This document shows positions 53,723 to 63,686 of a DNA stretch of 64,000 nt, in pieces. A program made the position numbers and the translations under genes. Under the pieces are notes generated by a model. It was not told the DNA's origin. It searched no databases and saw only the letters and a program-made list of their open reading frames with translations. The DNA is from Candidatus Latescibacterota bacterium. GTDB taxonomy: Bacteria > Latescibacterota > UBA2968 > GCA-2709665. The first letter of the stretch is position 1. Each line of letters opens with the position of its first letter. The DNA lies in the NCBI GenBank assembly GCA_965203805.1, contig OZ241917.1, positions 128,001 to 192,000 of the forward strand, read 5' to 3'.

Positions 53723-54670
53723 TCAGGAATGCGGCCCCCGCCTCGACGGAGCATCCATCAGGGACCTGATCTGAGCCTCGCGCGGCAGCGCGGCCTGCGC
53801 GCCGGTCCGGGTTACCGCGAGCGCGCCCGCGCAGTTCGCGAAGGCGACGGCGTCGGGAAGGGATGCGGCTGCGCAGAGTGCGGCCGCGAGCGCTCCGTTG
53901 AAGGCGTCTCCGGCGCCGGTCGTGTCGCGAACGTCGACCACGGGCGCCTGAACCAGAATGGCATTGCGGTCGGTCGCCAGAAGCGCGCCGCGTGCGCCAA
54001 GGGTGATGATGACATTGTCGACCCCCCGGGCCATCAGGATGTCTGCGGCACGGCGCGCCGCCTTTTCGGTATCCGGGCGAACGCCGGTCAGAATCTCGGT
54101 TTCCGTTTCGTTCGGCGTGAGAAGGAATAGATCGGAAAGTAGACTGTCGGGGAGGTCGCGGGCGGGCGCCGGATTGAGAATCACCGGGACCCCGTGGTCC
54201 CTCGCAATTCCTGCAGCGTGGAGGACTGTCGGCAGAGGCGTTTCAAGCTGAAGGAGGCACGCGGAAGCTTGGTCGAAAAGGGATCGGGCAGCCTCAATCT
54301 GAACTGGAGAAAGGGCGGCGTTGGCACCGGGAACCACGGCAATGACGTTCTCGCCCTTGCCGTCCACGAGGATCGAGGCGATGCCCGACGGCAGATCCGG
54401 GTCTCTCGTCACGCAGGTCGTATCGATGCCCTCCGATTCCAGGCAGCGCAGGGCGTCCGCGCCGAATGCGTCCCTTCCGATTCGTGCAACGAACGAGACG
54501 TGCGCGCCCGAACGGGCCGCCGCTACCGCCTGATTGGCGCCCTTGCCTCCCGGCAACGTGACAAACGTATCCGCCATGATCGTCTGGCCGGGGCTGGGCA
54601 GGCTCGCCGATCGGACGATCAGGTCCGTATTGGAACTTCCGATGACCAGAACGTGCGGACGCGAAACCAT
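53723..54670 (-). CDS. rbsK: Ribokinase
   Basis: GGKGANQAVA, LQLE, NPAP, PNETE, DTTGAGDAF. Confidence 0.92.
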   Translation of the reverse strand: MVSRPHVLVIGSSNTDLIVRSASLPSPGQTIMADTFVTLPGGKGANQAVAAARSGAHVSFVARIGRDAFGADALRCLESEGIDTTCVTRDPDLPSGIASILVDGKGENVIAVVPGANAALSPVQIEAARSLFDQASACLLQLETPLPTVLHAAGIARDHGVPVILNPAPARDLPDSLLSDLFLLTPNETETEILTGVRPDTEKAARRAADILMARGVDNVIITLGARGALLATDRNAILVQAPVVDVRDTTGAGDAFNGALAAALCAAASLPDAVAFANCAGALAVTRTGAQAALPREAQIRSLMDAPSRRGPHS

Positions 54671-54870
54671 GGTTATCTCAGAATCAATCGATGGGCGCCG
54701 CGACGGTCGGGTTGCGAGATAGACCGCACCGGTTTCGACCCGCCCCCGGACGCCGCCGAAGGGACTCCGGACCGGAATGCAAGTTAACCCTGTCGGGGCG
54801 GGTTCGTCAAGGTGAACCTGTGCGAATTCGCCCGGTCGTGACGGGAGCGTTCGGACCTCATTGTATTCTC

Positions 54871-54899
54871 TTGACTTGCCTGTGGGGTTTGCTTAAGTT
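54871..54899 (+). promoter_or_regulatory. Promoter upstream of the ncRNA candidate and bamD
   Basis: TTGACT-N17-TAAGTT; divergent TTGACG-N17-TTAACT on the minus strand (~54782-54810) for rbsK. Confidence 0.5.
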
Positions 54900-54936
54900 T
54901 TCCCGATCTGCCGAAGGATACCGGACGCTTCCGCGA

Positions 54937-55109
54937 ACTCGGTCTGAACCGCCGGCAGCGATTCCCGCCGGTCTTGTACGGAACCATCCGCGGGTTTCCG
55001 GAGTCAAAGGTATGCGCGTCGAGCTTTACCGATTGATTCCATGGCATACGCCACCCGAAGACGTCCTGGTTGCAGGGTGGTCGATCGCACCGACCGTTCG
55101 GGGTTGGGA
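54937..55109 (+). ncRNA. Rod-shaped ncRNA candidate, 6S RNA-like
   Basis: Collinear pairings TCTGAAC/GTTCGGG, GCGATT/GATCGC, CCGCC/GGTGG, CTTGTA/TGCAGG, AACCA/TGGTT, CGGGT/ACCCG, GGAGTCAA/TTGATTCC, GGTA/TACC with internal bubbles. Confidence 0.5.
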
Positions 55110-55152
55110 TAAACACGGCCCCGATTTTCTGTTATTGCGGGGTGGGAAGGGT

Positions 55153-55974
55153 ATGATGACGCGGTGTGTCATCGTTCTGTGTTCAATTGGCCTGCTGGCA
55201 TTGGGCGGATGCGCCCAGAACAGGTATCGCCATCCGAGTGCGGATCTGTACCTGGAAAAGGCGAACGAAGCGCTCGAGCAGAAGAATTGCTGGGAGGCCC
55301 AGAAGTTGCTCCGAAATCTGCTGTCGGACTTTCCGGGGTCACATCTGGTCGACCGGGCCCAATATAAACTGGGGTTCGCGTTTTTGTGCGACAAGGACTA
55401 CGTGACGGCAGTGTTTGAATTCGAGCGGCTGCTGAACGAGTTTCCAACCAGCCCGTTCGTCGACCAGGCGCGGTACCAGATAGGGGTGTGTTACTACCGT
55501 CAGTCCCGGGGCATCCACCACGACCAGGATGAGACCCATAAGGCCATCAGGGAATTCGAACGGTTTATCGAGGATTTCCCCGATAGCGATCTCGTCCCGA
55601 GCACGCGCGACAGAATACTGGAACTTCGGACCAAACTGGCGCAAAAGAAACTCATGGTCGCCCGGAACTACATTCGGTGGGACATGTTCGAATCCGCCGC
55701 GCGGTATTGTGAAATTGTCCTGAAGGAATTCAAAGATACCCCGCTCGCGGCGCAGGCCAGGTTTCTTCTCGCACGCACAAGACACCAACTTGGCGCCCTG
55801 GACGAAGCGCTCGAGATGTTGAGGCTCCTGGCCGCGGACGGGGTTCAGGACGAACTGAAACGCGAGATTGCCGAAGAGATACGCCGGATCGAGAAAACCC
55901 GGGCCGGACAGAAGACCGAACACCGGAAACCGGCGGCGAAAACAAATGGCTCCAGCGCCGCGAGTTCCAGGTGA
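55153..55974 (+). CDS. bamD: Outer membrane assembly lipoprotein BamD
   Basis: Lipobox LGGC, TPRs, DQDET..AI..F..FI.DFP.S. Confidence 0.88.
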   Translation: MMTRCVIVLCSIGLLALGGCAQNRYRHPSADLYLEKANEALEQKNCWEAQKLLRNLLSDFPGSHLVDRAQYKLGFAFLCDKDYVTAVFEFERLLNEFPTSPFVDQARYQIGVCYYRQSRGIHHDQDETHKAIREFERFIEDFPDSDLVPSTRDRILELRTKLAQKKLMVARNYIRWDMFESAARYCEIVLKEFKDTPLAAQARFLLARTRHQLGALDEALEMLRLLAADGVQDELKREIAEEIRRIEKTRAGQKTEHRKPAAKTNGSSAASSR

Positions 55975-55980
55975 GGCGGC

Positions 55981-56568
55981 ATGGGCGGAAGGATCGGCAT
56001 CCTCGGCGGCACGTTTGATCCCATTCATCTCGGCCATCTGATAATCGCCCAGGAAGCGCTGGCACAGTGTTGTCTGGACCGCGTCCTGTTCGTTCCCTCA
56101 GCGGACCCTCCCCACAAAAACGCCGCCGACGTGGCGCCGGCCGACGCGCGCGTCAGTATGGTTGCGCTTGCCCTCGACAGACAGCCCGGGTTTGAGCTGT
56201 GCCCGATCGAATTGGAACGAACCGGCAAGTCCTATACTGTCGAGACCCTGAGGCAACTGCGTGGAAAACTCGGGTCCGCGACTGAATTTTACCTGATCAT
56301 CGGTGCGGATAACGCGCCGGAGATGTCGACATGGTGCGATCCCCAGGGGGTTCTCGACCTCGCCCACGTGACGGTGATGGGTCGCCCCGGGTTTCTTCCC
56401 GATGATGTCGACAGACGAATAGCGGCTCGAATGCGTTTCCTGCAAACGCCGCTTATCGAGATCTCGTCAACGCAGATCCGTTCGCGCATTCGTTCGGGCA
56501 GGCCCATTCGTTATTGGGTGCCGGACAAAGTCGCGCGTTATATAGAAGCGCACCGCCTTTACGTATAG
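55981..56568 (+). CDS. nadD: Nicotinate-nucleotide adenylyltransferase
   Basis: GGTFDPIHLGH, PPHK, SYT, GAD, ISSTQIR. Confidence 0.95.
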   Translation: MGGRIGILGGTFDPIHLGHLIIAQEALAQCCLDRVLFVPSADPPHKNAADVAPADARVSMVALALDRQPGFELCPIELERTGKSYTVETLRQLRGKLGSATEFYLIIGADNAPEMSTWCDPQGVLDLAHVTVMGRPGFLPDDVDRRIAARMRFLQTPLIEISSTQIRSRIRSGRPIRYWVPDKVARYIEAHRLYV

Positions 56569-56583
56569 AAATGAGAAACTGCG

Positions 56584-56850
56584 ATGGCTGAATCCACGGA
56601 GGGACATACTCAAAGCAGCGCCCAACTGGGCGGAAAACCCGAAGGTCGAATTCAGCGGTATTTCTGTGTCGACGATGAAAAATACCACGCATTCGCGAGA
56701 GTTTCCAAAGACGCGACGGTATTGCGTCGGATACCCAAGCGGATTCGGGTGATGGGCAAGGACGTGGACGGTTGGGTTGTGGAGGTGACGGTACCCGCGA
56801 CGGACGGCGTGGTTCGAGTGGATCCGCTTGAAGCTCCGAACAAGATTTGA
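56584..56850 (+). CDS. Hypothetical small beta-rich protein
   Basis: 88-aa ORF directly after nadD in the same orientation. Confidence 0.55.
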   Translation: MAESTEGHTQSSAQLGGKPEGRIQRYFCVDDEKYHAFARVSKDATVLRRIPKRIRVMGKDVDGWVVEVTVPATDGVVRVDPLEAPNKI

Positions 56851-57028
56851 GCCCGGCGTCAACGGCGCGTGAACGTCGGCCCGGTCTTTCGTGCCGCAGC
56901 GCCGTCCGGGGCGCCGGTTTCGGGAGGCTCGAACGTGGGGATACATTGGCAAATCGACCGGCGAAAACGGCGAATGGCGTGGACCATTAACCGGAGCGCC
57001 GATACTCCGTGAGAAATTCGGGGGAAGC

Positions 57029-57361
57029 ATGTTACTTTCGGACGGCCGAAACCGGGATGAGACGACCAGCGTGACGATCTTCGGGCGCCAGTATCCCATA
57101 TTAAGCCGGGAGTCGTCCGCCTATACGCGTCGGGTCGCCGATCTGGTCGATCGTCGCATGACAGAGATTGCCTCGCAGCAGAAGCTGGCCGAACCGACAA
57201 AAATAGCCATCATCGCGGCACTGGATATCGCAGACAGATTGTTGAAGTATCGGACGGGTCGCGAAAGGGCAGGCAGGCAGGCCGAGCTGGTGGCCGCGCG
57301 TCTGACGATGTTGCTGGACGACGTACACGGGAGCACGCGCGACGGGTCCGATACGGCCTGA
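57029..57361 (+). CDS. zapA: Cell division protein ZapA
   Basis: V.IFG..Y, A.LVD.RM.EI, AI.AAL.IA. Confidence 0.85.
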   Translation: MLLSDGRNRDETTSVTIFGRQYPILSRESSAYTRRVADLVDRRMTEIASQQKLAEPTKIAIIAALDIADRLLKYRTGRERAGRQAELVAARLTMLLDDVHGSTRDGSDTA

Positions 57362-57390
57362 CTGCACAAGGTCGACGGGGGCGGGTCGAT

Positions 57391-58113
57391 TCAATGCGGG
57401 GCAGCAGGCGAGGATCCAGGCGGTTCCAGGAATCTGTATCTGAAGATCGTATAGAGGATTTTCCAGCCAGCCCGGACCGTGCCGCTCAGGGTTCCGGTAA
57501 TCTTGGACACGCCGATACGACGTCGGTAACGTACCGGAACGTCCAGGTGCCGGAGGCCCATCCGGGCAGCCTTCACCTGCATCTCCACCGTCCAGCCGAA
57601 GGTCCTGTCCTGCATATCGAGCGCGACAAGCGCCGGGTAGGTTATGGCGCGAAATGGCCCGAGGTCGGTGAAGCCGGCGCCAAACAGGCGACGAATGAGC
57701 CACGTGGCCAGCCAGTTGCCGAAGCGGGCCTGTGGAAGCAGCGCGCCGGGCTCCCGGACGCCCAGCGTGCGCGACCCGATCACGAGGTCCGCGCGATTCT
57801 CAGCGATGGGCGCCACCAAGAGCGACATTTCATCGGGATGGTCACTGTAGTCGCCGTCCAGGAAGACCACGATATCGGGTTTCTCCAGGGCCGCGATGCC
57901 CGCCAGGCAAGCCCATCCGTATCCCCTTCGATGTTCGTGTACAATTCGGGCCCCCATCTGCCTGGCCAGGTCGACCGTACGGTCGGTGGAGCCGTTGTCC
58001 ACCACCACCACGTCGGCTTCGAGATGACCTGGAATATCGGACAGCACGTTCTGAATGGCGTCCTGCTCGTTGAAAACCGGGATGACCACGGAGATTTCGG
58101 GACGGGCGCGCAT
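57391..58113 (-). CDS. Glycosyltransferase family 2
   Basis: VIPVFNE, VVDNGSTD, FLDGD, DLGPFRAI, GWTVEMQ. Confidence 0.92.
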   Translation of the reverse strand: MRARPEISVVIPVFNEQDAIQNVLSDIPGHLEADVVVVDNGSTDRTVDLARQMGARIVHEHRRGYGWACLAGIAALEKPDIVVFLDGDYSDHPDEMSLLVAPIAENRADLVIGSRTLGVREPGALLPQARFGNWLATWLIRRLFGAGFTDLGPFRAITYPALVALDMQDRTFGWTVEMQVKAARMGLRHLDVPVRYRRRIGVSKITGTLSGTVRAGWKILYTIFRYRFLEPPGSSPAAPH

Positions 58114-58149
58114 GGCAGGAGTGTCTGTTCGTTTCGGGATGAAACGCGT

Positions 58150-58350
58150 TTACTTCCGATCCGGCGGCTTACGTATCATCCGGTTCGTTCTGGCGTTGCC
58201 CCGCCCCTTCAGGCGGGCGACCAGAATAAAGATGCAGAAGACAATGCCCAGGATAACGGTGCCGGCGACCTTGTCCGGATGATCCGCAAGCCACATCAGC
58301 GCCAGCGTAATCAGCAGGCAGATGCCTGCGATGGTCGTTTCTCTGGTCAT
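58150..58350 (-). CDS. Small two-TM membrane protein
   Basis: Two hydrophobic helices, GAGG RBS, upstream TTGACA-N17-TAGATT (58393-58421, minus strand). Confidence 0.6.
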   Translation of the reverse strand: MTRETTIAGICLLITLALMWLADHPDKVAGTVILGIVFCIFILVARLKGRGNARTNRMIRKPPDRK

Positions 58351-58563
58351 CGGATCCACCTCTATTTCGGGTCGTGGGAGTCTGTCACCGGAAATCTAAC
58401 GGACGGCACGAGCATTGTCAATGGATTCGGCCCGAAGGCGGCCGTTCGCAGACTGGCCGGCAAACCCGGTTCACGGCTCCTTATCCGATTCCGGGGCCGG
58501 AAGTTTGGTACAGCTTCCGATAACCCGCACCTCCAGGGGCGCGGTTTTTTTTCGCGTGTCCGG

Positions 58564-59787
58564 TCAGCCGCGTCCGCCGCCGCGCGGAGAATGTCCGCGA
58601 GATACGCCCTCCGCAAGGGTTTCCGGGACGAGAAACGCGAAGGTGCCCGCGGCCAACAGGCCGAAACCCGCGATTGCAAACGTGGCGGGGGAGAGTCCGA
58701 GCAGATCGGCGATTCCGCCCACGACGAGGGGCGCGCCCATATGGCCCGTATCGCCGACCAGGCGCCAGGCCCCCAGAAATTCTCCGAACGATTCCCTCGG
58801 CGCAAGGTCCGCGCCAAGCGTCATCATGGAACCGGAGCCGATGCCATTGCCCAGGCCGAGAAGCGTCGTGGCCAGAAGCAGCCCCGTAAAGCCCTGGGTG
58901 AGGGGTATGGCTGCCATGGCGACGGCCTGGATCAGGAAGCAGGGTACCATCGCGAACTTTCTTCCGAAACGGTCCATGACAAGGCCGGCCGGGTAGAAGA
59001 GCGACATGTCCGCCAGCGCGGAAACGGTGATGATCAATCCGATGGACTGAACGTCCAGGCCGATCACGTCGGCCGCGTAAAGCGGTACGACGACGTGGCG
59101 TCCTGCCCGGATGGTCTGTGCGAAGAGTTGCCCCGAACCGGCGATGGCCAATTCTCGAAAATGCGTTTTGAAGATCGCCAGAACGGGTTTCAGCCGGCCG
59201 CCGCGGGCCTGCCGGGCCGCGGGCGTCGGTTCGGTTTCGAACCACCATGCGGCAATGATAACGACAAGAGCCGCCAGAACCCCGAATACGAGAAACGGGG
59301 CTTCCAGACCGTAAGATAAGGCGAGTGCGCCGCCCGGCAGGGGACCCGCGAAGGTTCCGATGCGTTGAATCCCGCCGAAGATCGAGAGCGCCCGTCCGCG
59401 GTGAAATACAGGGACGGCGTCCGCCAGATAGGCGTGACAGGAGATATGCCAGAGGGAACCGCCGACGCCGGCGGCAAGACGGTAGCACACGACTTCGTTG
59501 ATGTCCTGCGCCCAGAACAGCGCGAGCGTGGACACGGCGACGCAGCTGACGCCAAGAACCATCACGGGCTTCCGACCGAAGTTCCCGAGCAGAATACCTG
59601 CAGGCAGCGCGGCGACCAGCCTGCCCACGCCTTCGGCGGCAAGGACGCCGCCGATGAGGCCGTACGACGCGCCGAAGGTCTTTGCATAGAGCGGAAGGAT
59701 GGGAATGAGCATTCCGTTGCCGAACATCAACAGCAGCGACGGAACGTAGACGGGCAAAACAAGGGGATTGCGGATGGGTTTCGTCAT
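58564..59787 (-). CDS. MFS transporter
   Basis: About 12 TM helices; motif A DRFGRK and GNFGRK. Confidence 0.9.
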   Translation of the reverse strand: MTKPIRNPLVLPVYVPSLLLMFGNGMLIPILPLYAKTFGASYGLIGGVLAAEGVGRLVAALPAGILLGNFGRKPVMVLGVSCVAVSTLALFWAQDINEVVCYRLAAGVGGSLWHISCHAYLADAVPVFHRGRALSIFGGIQRIGTFAGPLPGGALALSYGLEAPFLVFGVLAALVVIIAAWWFETEPTPAARQARGGRLKPVLAIFKTHFRELAIAGSGQLFAQTIRAGRHVVVPLYAADVIGLDVQSIGLIITVSALADMSLFYPAGLVMDRFGRKFAMVPCFLIQAVAMAAIPLTQGFTGLLLATTLLGLGNGIGSGSMMTLGADLAPRESFGEFLGAWRLVGDTGHMGAPLVVGGIADLLGLSPATFAIAGFGLLAAGTFAFLVPETLAEGVSRGHSPRGGGRG

Positions 59788-59924
59788 TGGGTTCCAGGAG
59801 GTGCGGGGGGCCGGAAGTCGGGTATGTTAAACAGCGGACGGGGTTTTGTCAAGGAACGCTTTGGTTTGAACAGGCGCAGCCGTACGACACGCCGTGTGCC
59901 ATTTCGGGGAAGGCAGGTTGAGCC

Positions 59925-60887
59925 ATGAAGATTGTTCTGTGTCCGCCGGTGGACGAAGCGTTGTGTGAGCAAGTGCGCGAGGCCGCGCCCGGGGCGGAAG
60001 TGGTGATGGCAGCGATGGATGACGCCCCCGCGGTCGTTGGCGACGCCGACGTGATATTCGGCATGTATACCGAGGAGATCATCCGTGCCGCCGCAAAGGT
60101 CAGCTGGATACAGACTACGAGCGCGGGCATGGATATGTTGATGGACATACCCGGTGTCCGGGAGGCCGATTTCAGATTGAGCAACGCCAGCGGGTTGCAC
60201 GCCCTACAGGTCGCGGAACACGCCTGGGCGCTGACGTCGGCCCTGTTCCGGGGCCTGCACGTAACCGTGCGAAATCAGCTTGCGCACGAATGGAAGGGCG
60301 CGCCGATTCAGGATCTGTACGGGGCCACGGCCGGGATCGTGGGATTCGGCGGAATCGGGCGGCGGTACGCCCGGCTGGCCAGGGGATTCGATATGCGAAT
60401 TCTCGCGGTGGACGTTCAGCAGTCCGAAGTGCCCGATTACGTGGAGGCGCTGTGGGGAACGGATCGGCTGGAAGCATTGCTGGCGGAATCCGACGTGGTG
60501 TTTATCGCTTGTCCCTGTACGCCGCAGACCGAGAGGCTGATCGACGCGCGTGCGTTTCGCATGATGAAGAATTCGGCCTTCCTGGTCAATACGGCACGAG
60601 GCCCGATCGTCGACGAGGCGGCGCTGATCGATGCACTGATGTCCGGTGAGATCGCCGGCGCGGGCCTGGACGTCTTCGAGACCGAGCCGCTGCCGGAGAC
60701 CAGCCCGCTCTGGGAAATGGAAAACGTGATCATCACCACCCACTCGGCGGGTGTATCGAGCTACCGCCCGCAACGCACGGTCGACTTCTTCTGCGAGAAT
60801 CTGAGACGGTTTCTGGCGGGGAAGCCGCTGTTGAACGAGACGGACCGGGAACTGGGATATCCCACTCTGGAAAGCCGCGTCGATTGA
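59925..60887 (+). CDS. D-2-hydroxyacid dehydrogenase (SerA-like)
   Basis: VAEH, GFGGIG, NTARG, LDVF..EP, H.AG. Confidence 0.9.
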   Translation: MKIVLCPPVDEALCEQVREAAPGAEVVMAAMDDAPAVVGDADVIFGMYTEEIIRAAAKVSWIQTTSAGMDMLMDIPGVREADFRLSNASGLHALQVAEHAWALTSALFRGLHVTVRNQLAHEWKGAPIQDLYGATAGIVGFGGIGRRYARLARGFDMRILAVDVQQSEVPDYVEALWGTDRLEALLAESDVVFIACPCTPQTERLIDARAFRMMKNSAFLVNTARGPIVDEAALIDALMSGEIAGAGLDVFETEPLPETSPLWEMENVIITTHSAGVSSYRPQRTVDFFCENLRRFLAGKPLLNETDRELGYPTLESRVD

Positions 60888-60918
60888 CCTGTACCACCCG
60901 ATTCCGGAGAGATGGAAG

Positions 60919-62250
60919 ATGGCGGAAATAAGGGCCTTTCGCGGAATCCGATTCGCGACCGACAGGATAGGCGACGTTGGAGACGTGGTCGCGCCCCCCT
61001 ACGATGTCATCGACCCTTCGATGCAACGGGCGCTGTACGACGCTCATCCCAACAACATCGTACGCATTATTCAGGGCGAGGAATACGCAGGAGACTCGGT
61101 CGACGAAAACCGGTACACCCGTGCCGCGGAGGCCTATCGAAGCTGGCTTGAACAGGGTGTCCTGGTCCGGGACCGGAAGGAAGGAATTTATCTGTACGCA
61201 CAGGATTTCGACGTCAGTACTCCCGATGGGACAACCAATAAGACCAGGCTGGGGGTCGTCGCGCTGGTGCGTGCGGATGCATTGGGAGAAGGCGCAATCC
61301 TGCCGCACGAGAATACGATGCCGGGCCCGAAGGCGGACCGGCTGGCGCTGATGCGGCACACCCGGGCGGCGTTCGGCCAGATCTTTTCGTTATACTCCGA
61401 CCCCGACGGCCGGGTGCGGGATATCGTGGCGCCGGTCCTGGAAAACGCACCGCTCTTCGCGTTCACGGGGGACGATGGCGTCGGACACCGCTTCTGGCGG
61501 GTAACCGATCGGGCGACCGTAGACGGCGTCGCCCGATCGCTGGAAGAAAAGCCGTTCTTCATCGCCGACGGCCATCACCGATATGAAACCGCGGTGGTCT
61601 ACCGGGATGAACGCGCGGCGGCCGAAGGCGGGCAGTGGCAGGGCAGGCCCTACGGGTACCGGATGCAGACTCTCGTGAATATGGACGATACGGAGGGGAT
61701 GGCCATCAATGCGATTCACCGGGTGGTCATGGATCTGGGACCCGGCGGGGTCGCGCGCCTGGTCAGCGGTATGGCGAAACTGTGTGACGTCGAACGGGCG
61801 CCCCTCCGGGATACCCGGTCGGTACTGCGGGAGTTGAGACGGCGCGGCGGTCGCGGACCCGTGTTCGGACTATGCCATGGAACGTGCGGCGAAGTCCACT
61901 ATCTGAGGTTGAAGCGCGGCGTGCGGCCGTCCGATCTGGATGACGGGGGCCATTCGGAGGCCTGGCGGGGCCTGGATACGGGGTTGTTGCAACTGGTTCT
62001 GTGCAGGGTACTGGATCTGGACCAGGAGACATTGACCAGAGGTGAGAAGGTGAAATTCGTCAAGGTCGAAAGCGAAGTGCTGGACATGGTGAAGGCGGCG
62101 CCCGACCGGGCAGGTTTCTTTTTGAACCCGGTGGGCATGCAGCAATTGCGCGATGTTGTGCTCGCGGGAGAGCGCATGCCGCCCAAGTCCACGTTTTTTT
62201 ACCCGAAAGTGTATTCGGGACTGGTGATACAGGATCTGCAATCGTTCTGA
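60919..62250 (+). CDS. DUF1015 family protein
   Basis: APPYDVI, PHE.T, IADGHHRYETA, MPPKSTFFYPK..SGL. Confidence 0.9.
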   Translation: MAEIRAFRGIRFATDRIGDVGDVVAPPYDVIDPSMQRALYDAHPNNIVRIIQGEEYAGDSVDENRYTRAAEAYRSWLEQGVLVRDRKEGIYLYAQDFDVSTPDGTTNKTRLGVVALVRADALGEGAILPHENTMPGPKADRLALMRHTRAAFGQIFSLYSDPDGRVRDIVAPVLENAPLFAFTGDDGVGHRFWRVTDRATVDGVARSLEEKPFFIADGHHRYETAVVYRDERAAAEGGQWQGRPYGYRMQTLVNMDDTEGMAINAIHRVVMDLGPGGVARLVSGMAKLCDVERAPLRDTRSVLRELRRRGGRGPVFGLCHGTCGEVHYLRLKRGVRPSDLDDGGHSEAWRGLDTGLLQLVLCRVLDLDQETLTRGEKVKFVKVESEVLDMVKAAPDRAGFFLNPVGMQQLRDVVLAGERMPPKSTFFYPKVYSGLVIQDLQSF

Positions 62251-62282
62251 CAGTGACTGTGAACCCAGGTAAAACCACACGG

Positions 62283-62311
62283 GAAGAAGGGGCGCCATGC
62301 GCCCTTTTTTT
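62283..62311 (+). terminator. Intrinsic terminator
   Basis: AAGGGGCGC-CAT-GCGCCC followed by a T run. Confidence 0.7.
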
Positions 62312-62371
62312 GATTCGGCCCGAACGCCGGACTCAGTTCTTACAAGTGCTTCGCCGGCATCCGGATTGAAA

Positions 62372-63556
62372 CTACAGGACCGGCAATTTCCCTGGGGCGG
62401 GTTCCGACAGGATTTCGCATCCGGTATCCGTCACGACAACGTCCTCTTCGAGCATGAAATACGCGCCGTCCGTATAGAGAGAAGGTTCGACGGTGAGCAC
62501 CATGCCTTCCTCGAGAACCGTGTCGTCTTCAAGTTCGATGAACGGAGGTTCGATGATGTCCAGACCGATGGCGTGTCCGATCCCGGTGACCTGCCGCGCC
62601 TGCTTTGCGTAACCCGCCCTCGCCAGCGTTTCGTTCGAAACGCGAACCAGGTCGGATATCGGAATGCCGGGGCGGACCGCGGCGGTTGCCGCTTGCAGGC
62701 ACTCATACACGGCGCGGTACGCGTCCTTGTGTTTTGGTTCGGCCCGCCCCACGGCGAACATGCGCGTGTAGTCCGACCAGTATCCCCGGTACACGCCGCC
62801 GGCGTCGTGGGCGATGAGCTCGCCTTCGGTCAGGACGCGGTCGGTGTGCCGGCGCAGGCTGCGGTTGCTGCTGCGCGCGTTGCCGGGGACGTACGTGGCC
62901 AGGGTGATCGAACCCGGGGCGTCCATCCCCCGTTTCATGTGCTCGACGCAGAGCAGGCTATACAGGTCCCTTTCCGTCATGCCGGGCGTGACGGAGTCGA
63001 AGAGGGCTCGGTAGGCCTGGCCGGTGATCCTCACGGCCTCGCGAATGTAGGCGATCTCGGCGGGGGACTTGGCGAAACGGGTCTTCCAGAGCGTTTGCGA
63101 GGCATCCGTGAATTGTACGCCGGGAAGATTGTCCTTCAGCCGGCCGAAGTCGTCGTAAGGCATTCGCGACCAGAGGACGCCGCCCAGTTCGGCGCCGATG
63201 CGGGAGTTGTGGAGGCCGAGTTCGCGGATGACTCCGGTCAGGAGCGAGACCCCCGCGCGGATGCGGATGGGCGGCTGATACGTGCGCAGGTCCTGAATCC
63301 AGGCGTCTTCCTCACACATTCCGGTTTCCAGCGGCGGGACGATGAGCACCGGGTCGCGTTCAAGTGGAAGCAGGGCGAAAAGAGACGTGAATTTGTGCCC
63401 CCAGCGATGGGTCCAGTGCCCCGTGAAATAGCGATGGTTCGTGTCCGTGGTAATCAGCACGGCGTCCAGGCGGTTGCTCGACATGAGATCCCGCAGCCTG
63501 GCCAGGCGTCGTTCGTATTCGTGGGCGTTGAAATCGGCGTAGTCGCTGGTCAGCAT
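62372..63556 (-). CDS. M24 family Xaa-Pro peptidase / creatinase-fold protein
   Basis: Creatinase N domain, KS.AEI, D..G..GY.SD.TR, GHAIG, VEP, LEED. Confidence 0.88.
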   Translation of the reverse strand: MLTSDYADFNAHEYERRLARLRDLMSSNRLDAVLITTDTNHRYFTGHWTHRWGHKFTSLFALLPLERDPVLIVPPLETGMCEEDAWIQDLRTYQPPIRIRAGVSLLTGVIRELGLHNSRIGAELGGVLWSRMPYDDFGRLKDNLPGVQFTDASQTLWKTRFAKSPAEIAYIREAVRITGQAYRALFDSVTPGMTERDLYSLLCVEHMKRGMDAPGSITLATYVPGNARSSNRSLRRHTDRVLTEGELIAHDAGGVYRGYWSDYTRMFAVGRAEPKHKDAYRAVYECLQAATAAVRPGIPISDLVRVSNETLARAGYAKQARQVTGIGHAIGLDIIEPPFIELEDDTVLEEGMVLTVEPSLYTDGAYFMLEEDVVVTDTGCEILSEPAPGKLPVL

Positions 63557-63686
63557 GAATGGGATCCTTTAAGATGGGTTTTGTGATGAGTCCCTTTGGC
63601 ACGGAGTTACCGCGCACACGATCGCATGGATGTGATTGCGTGCCTTGCATTCAACCTGACGTAACCGGGCGCACTGAGGCGACACG

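Noticed and set aside
57394-59319. 641-aa plus-strand ORF
   Set aside because: Antisense to the GT2, small membrane protein and MFS genes; no recognisable motifs
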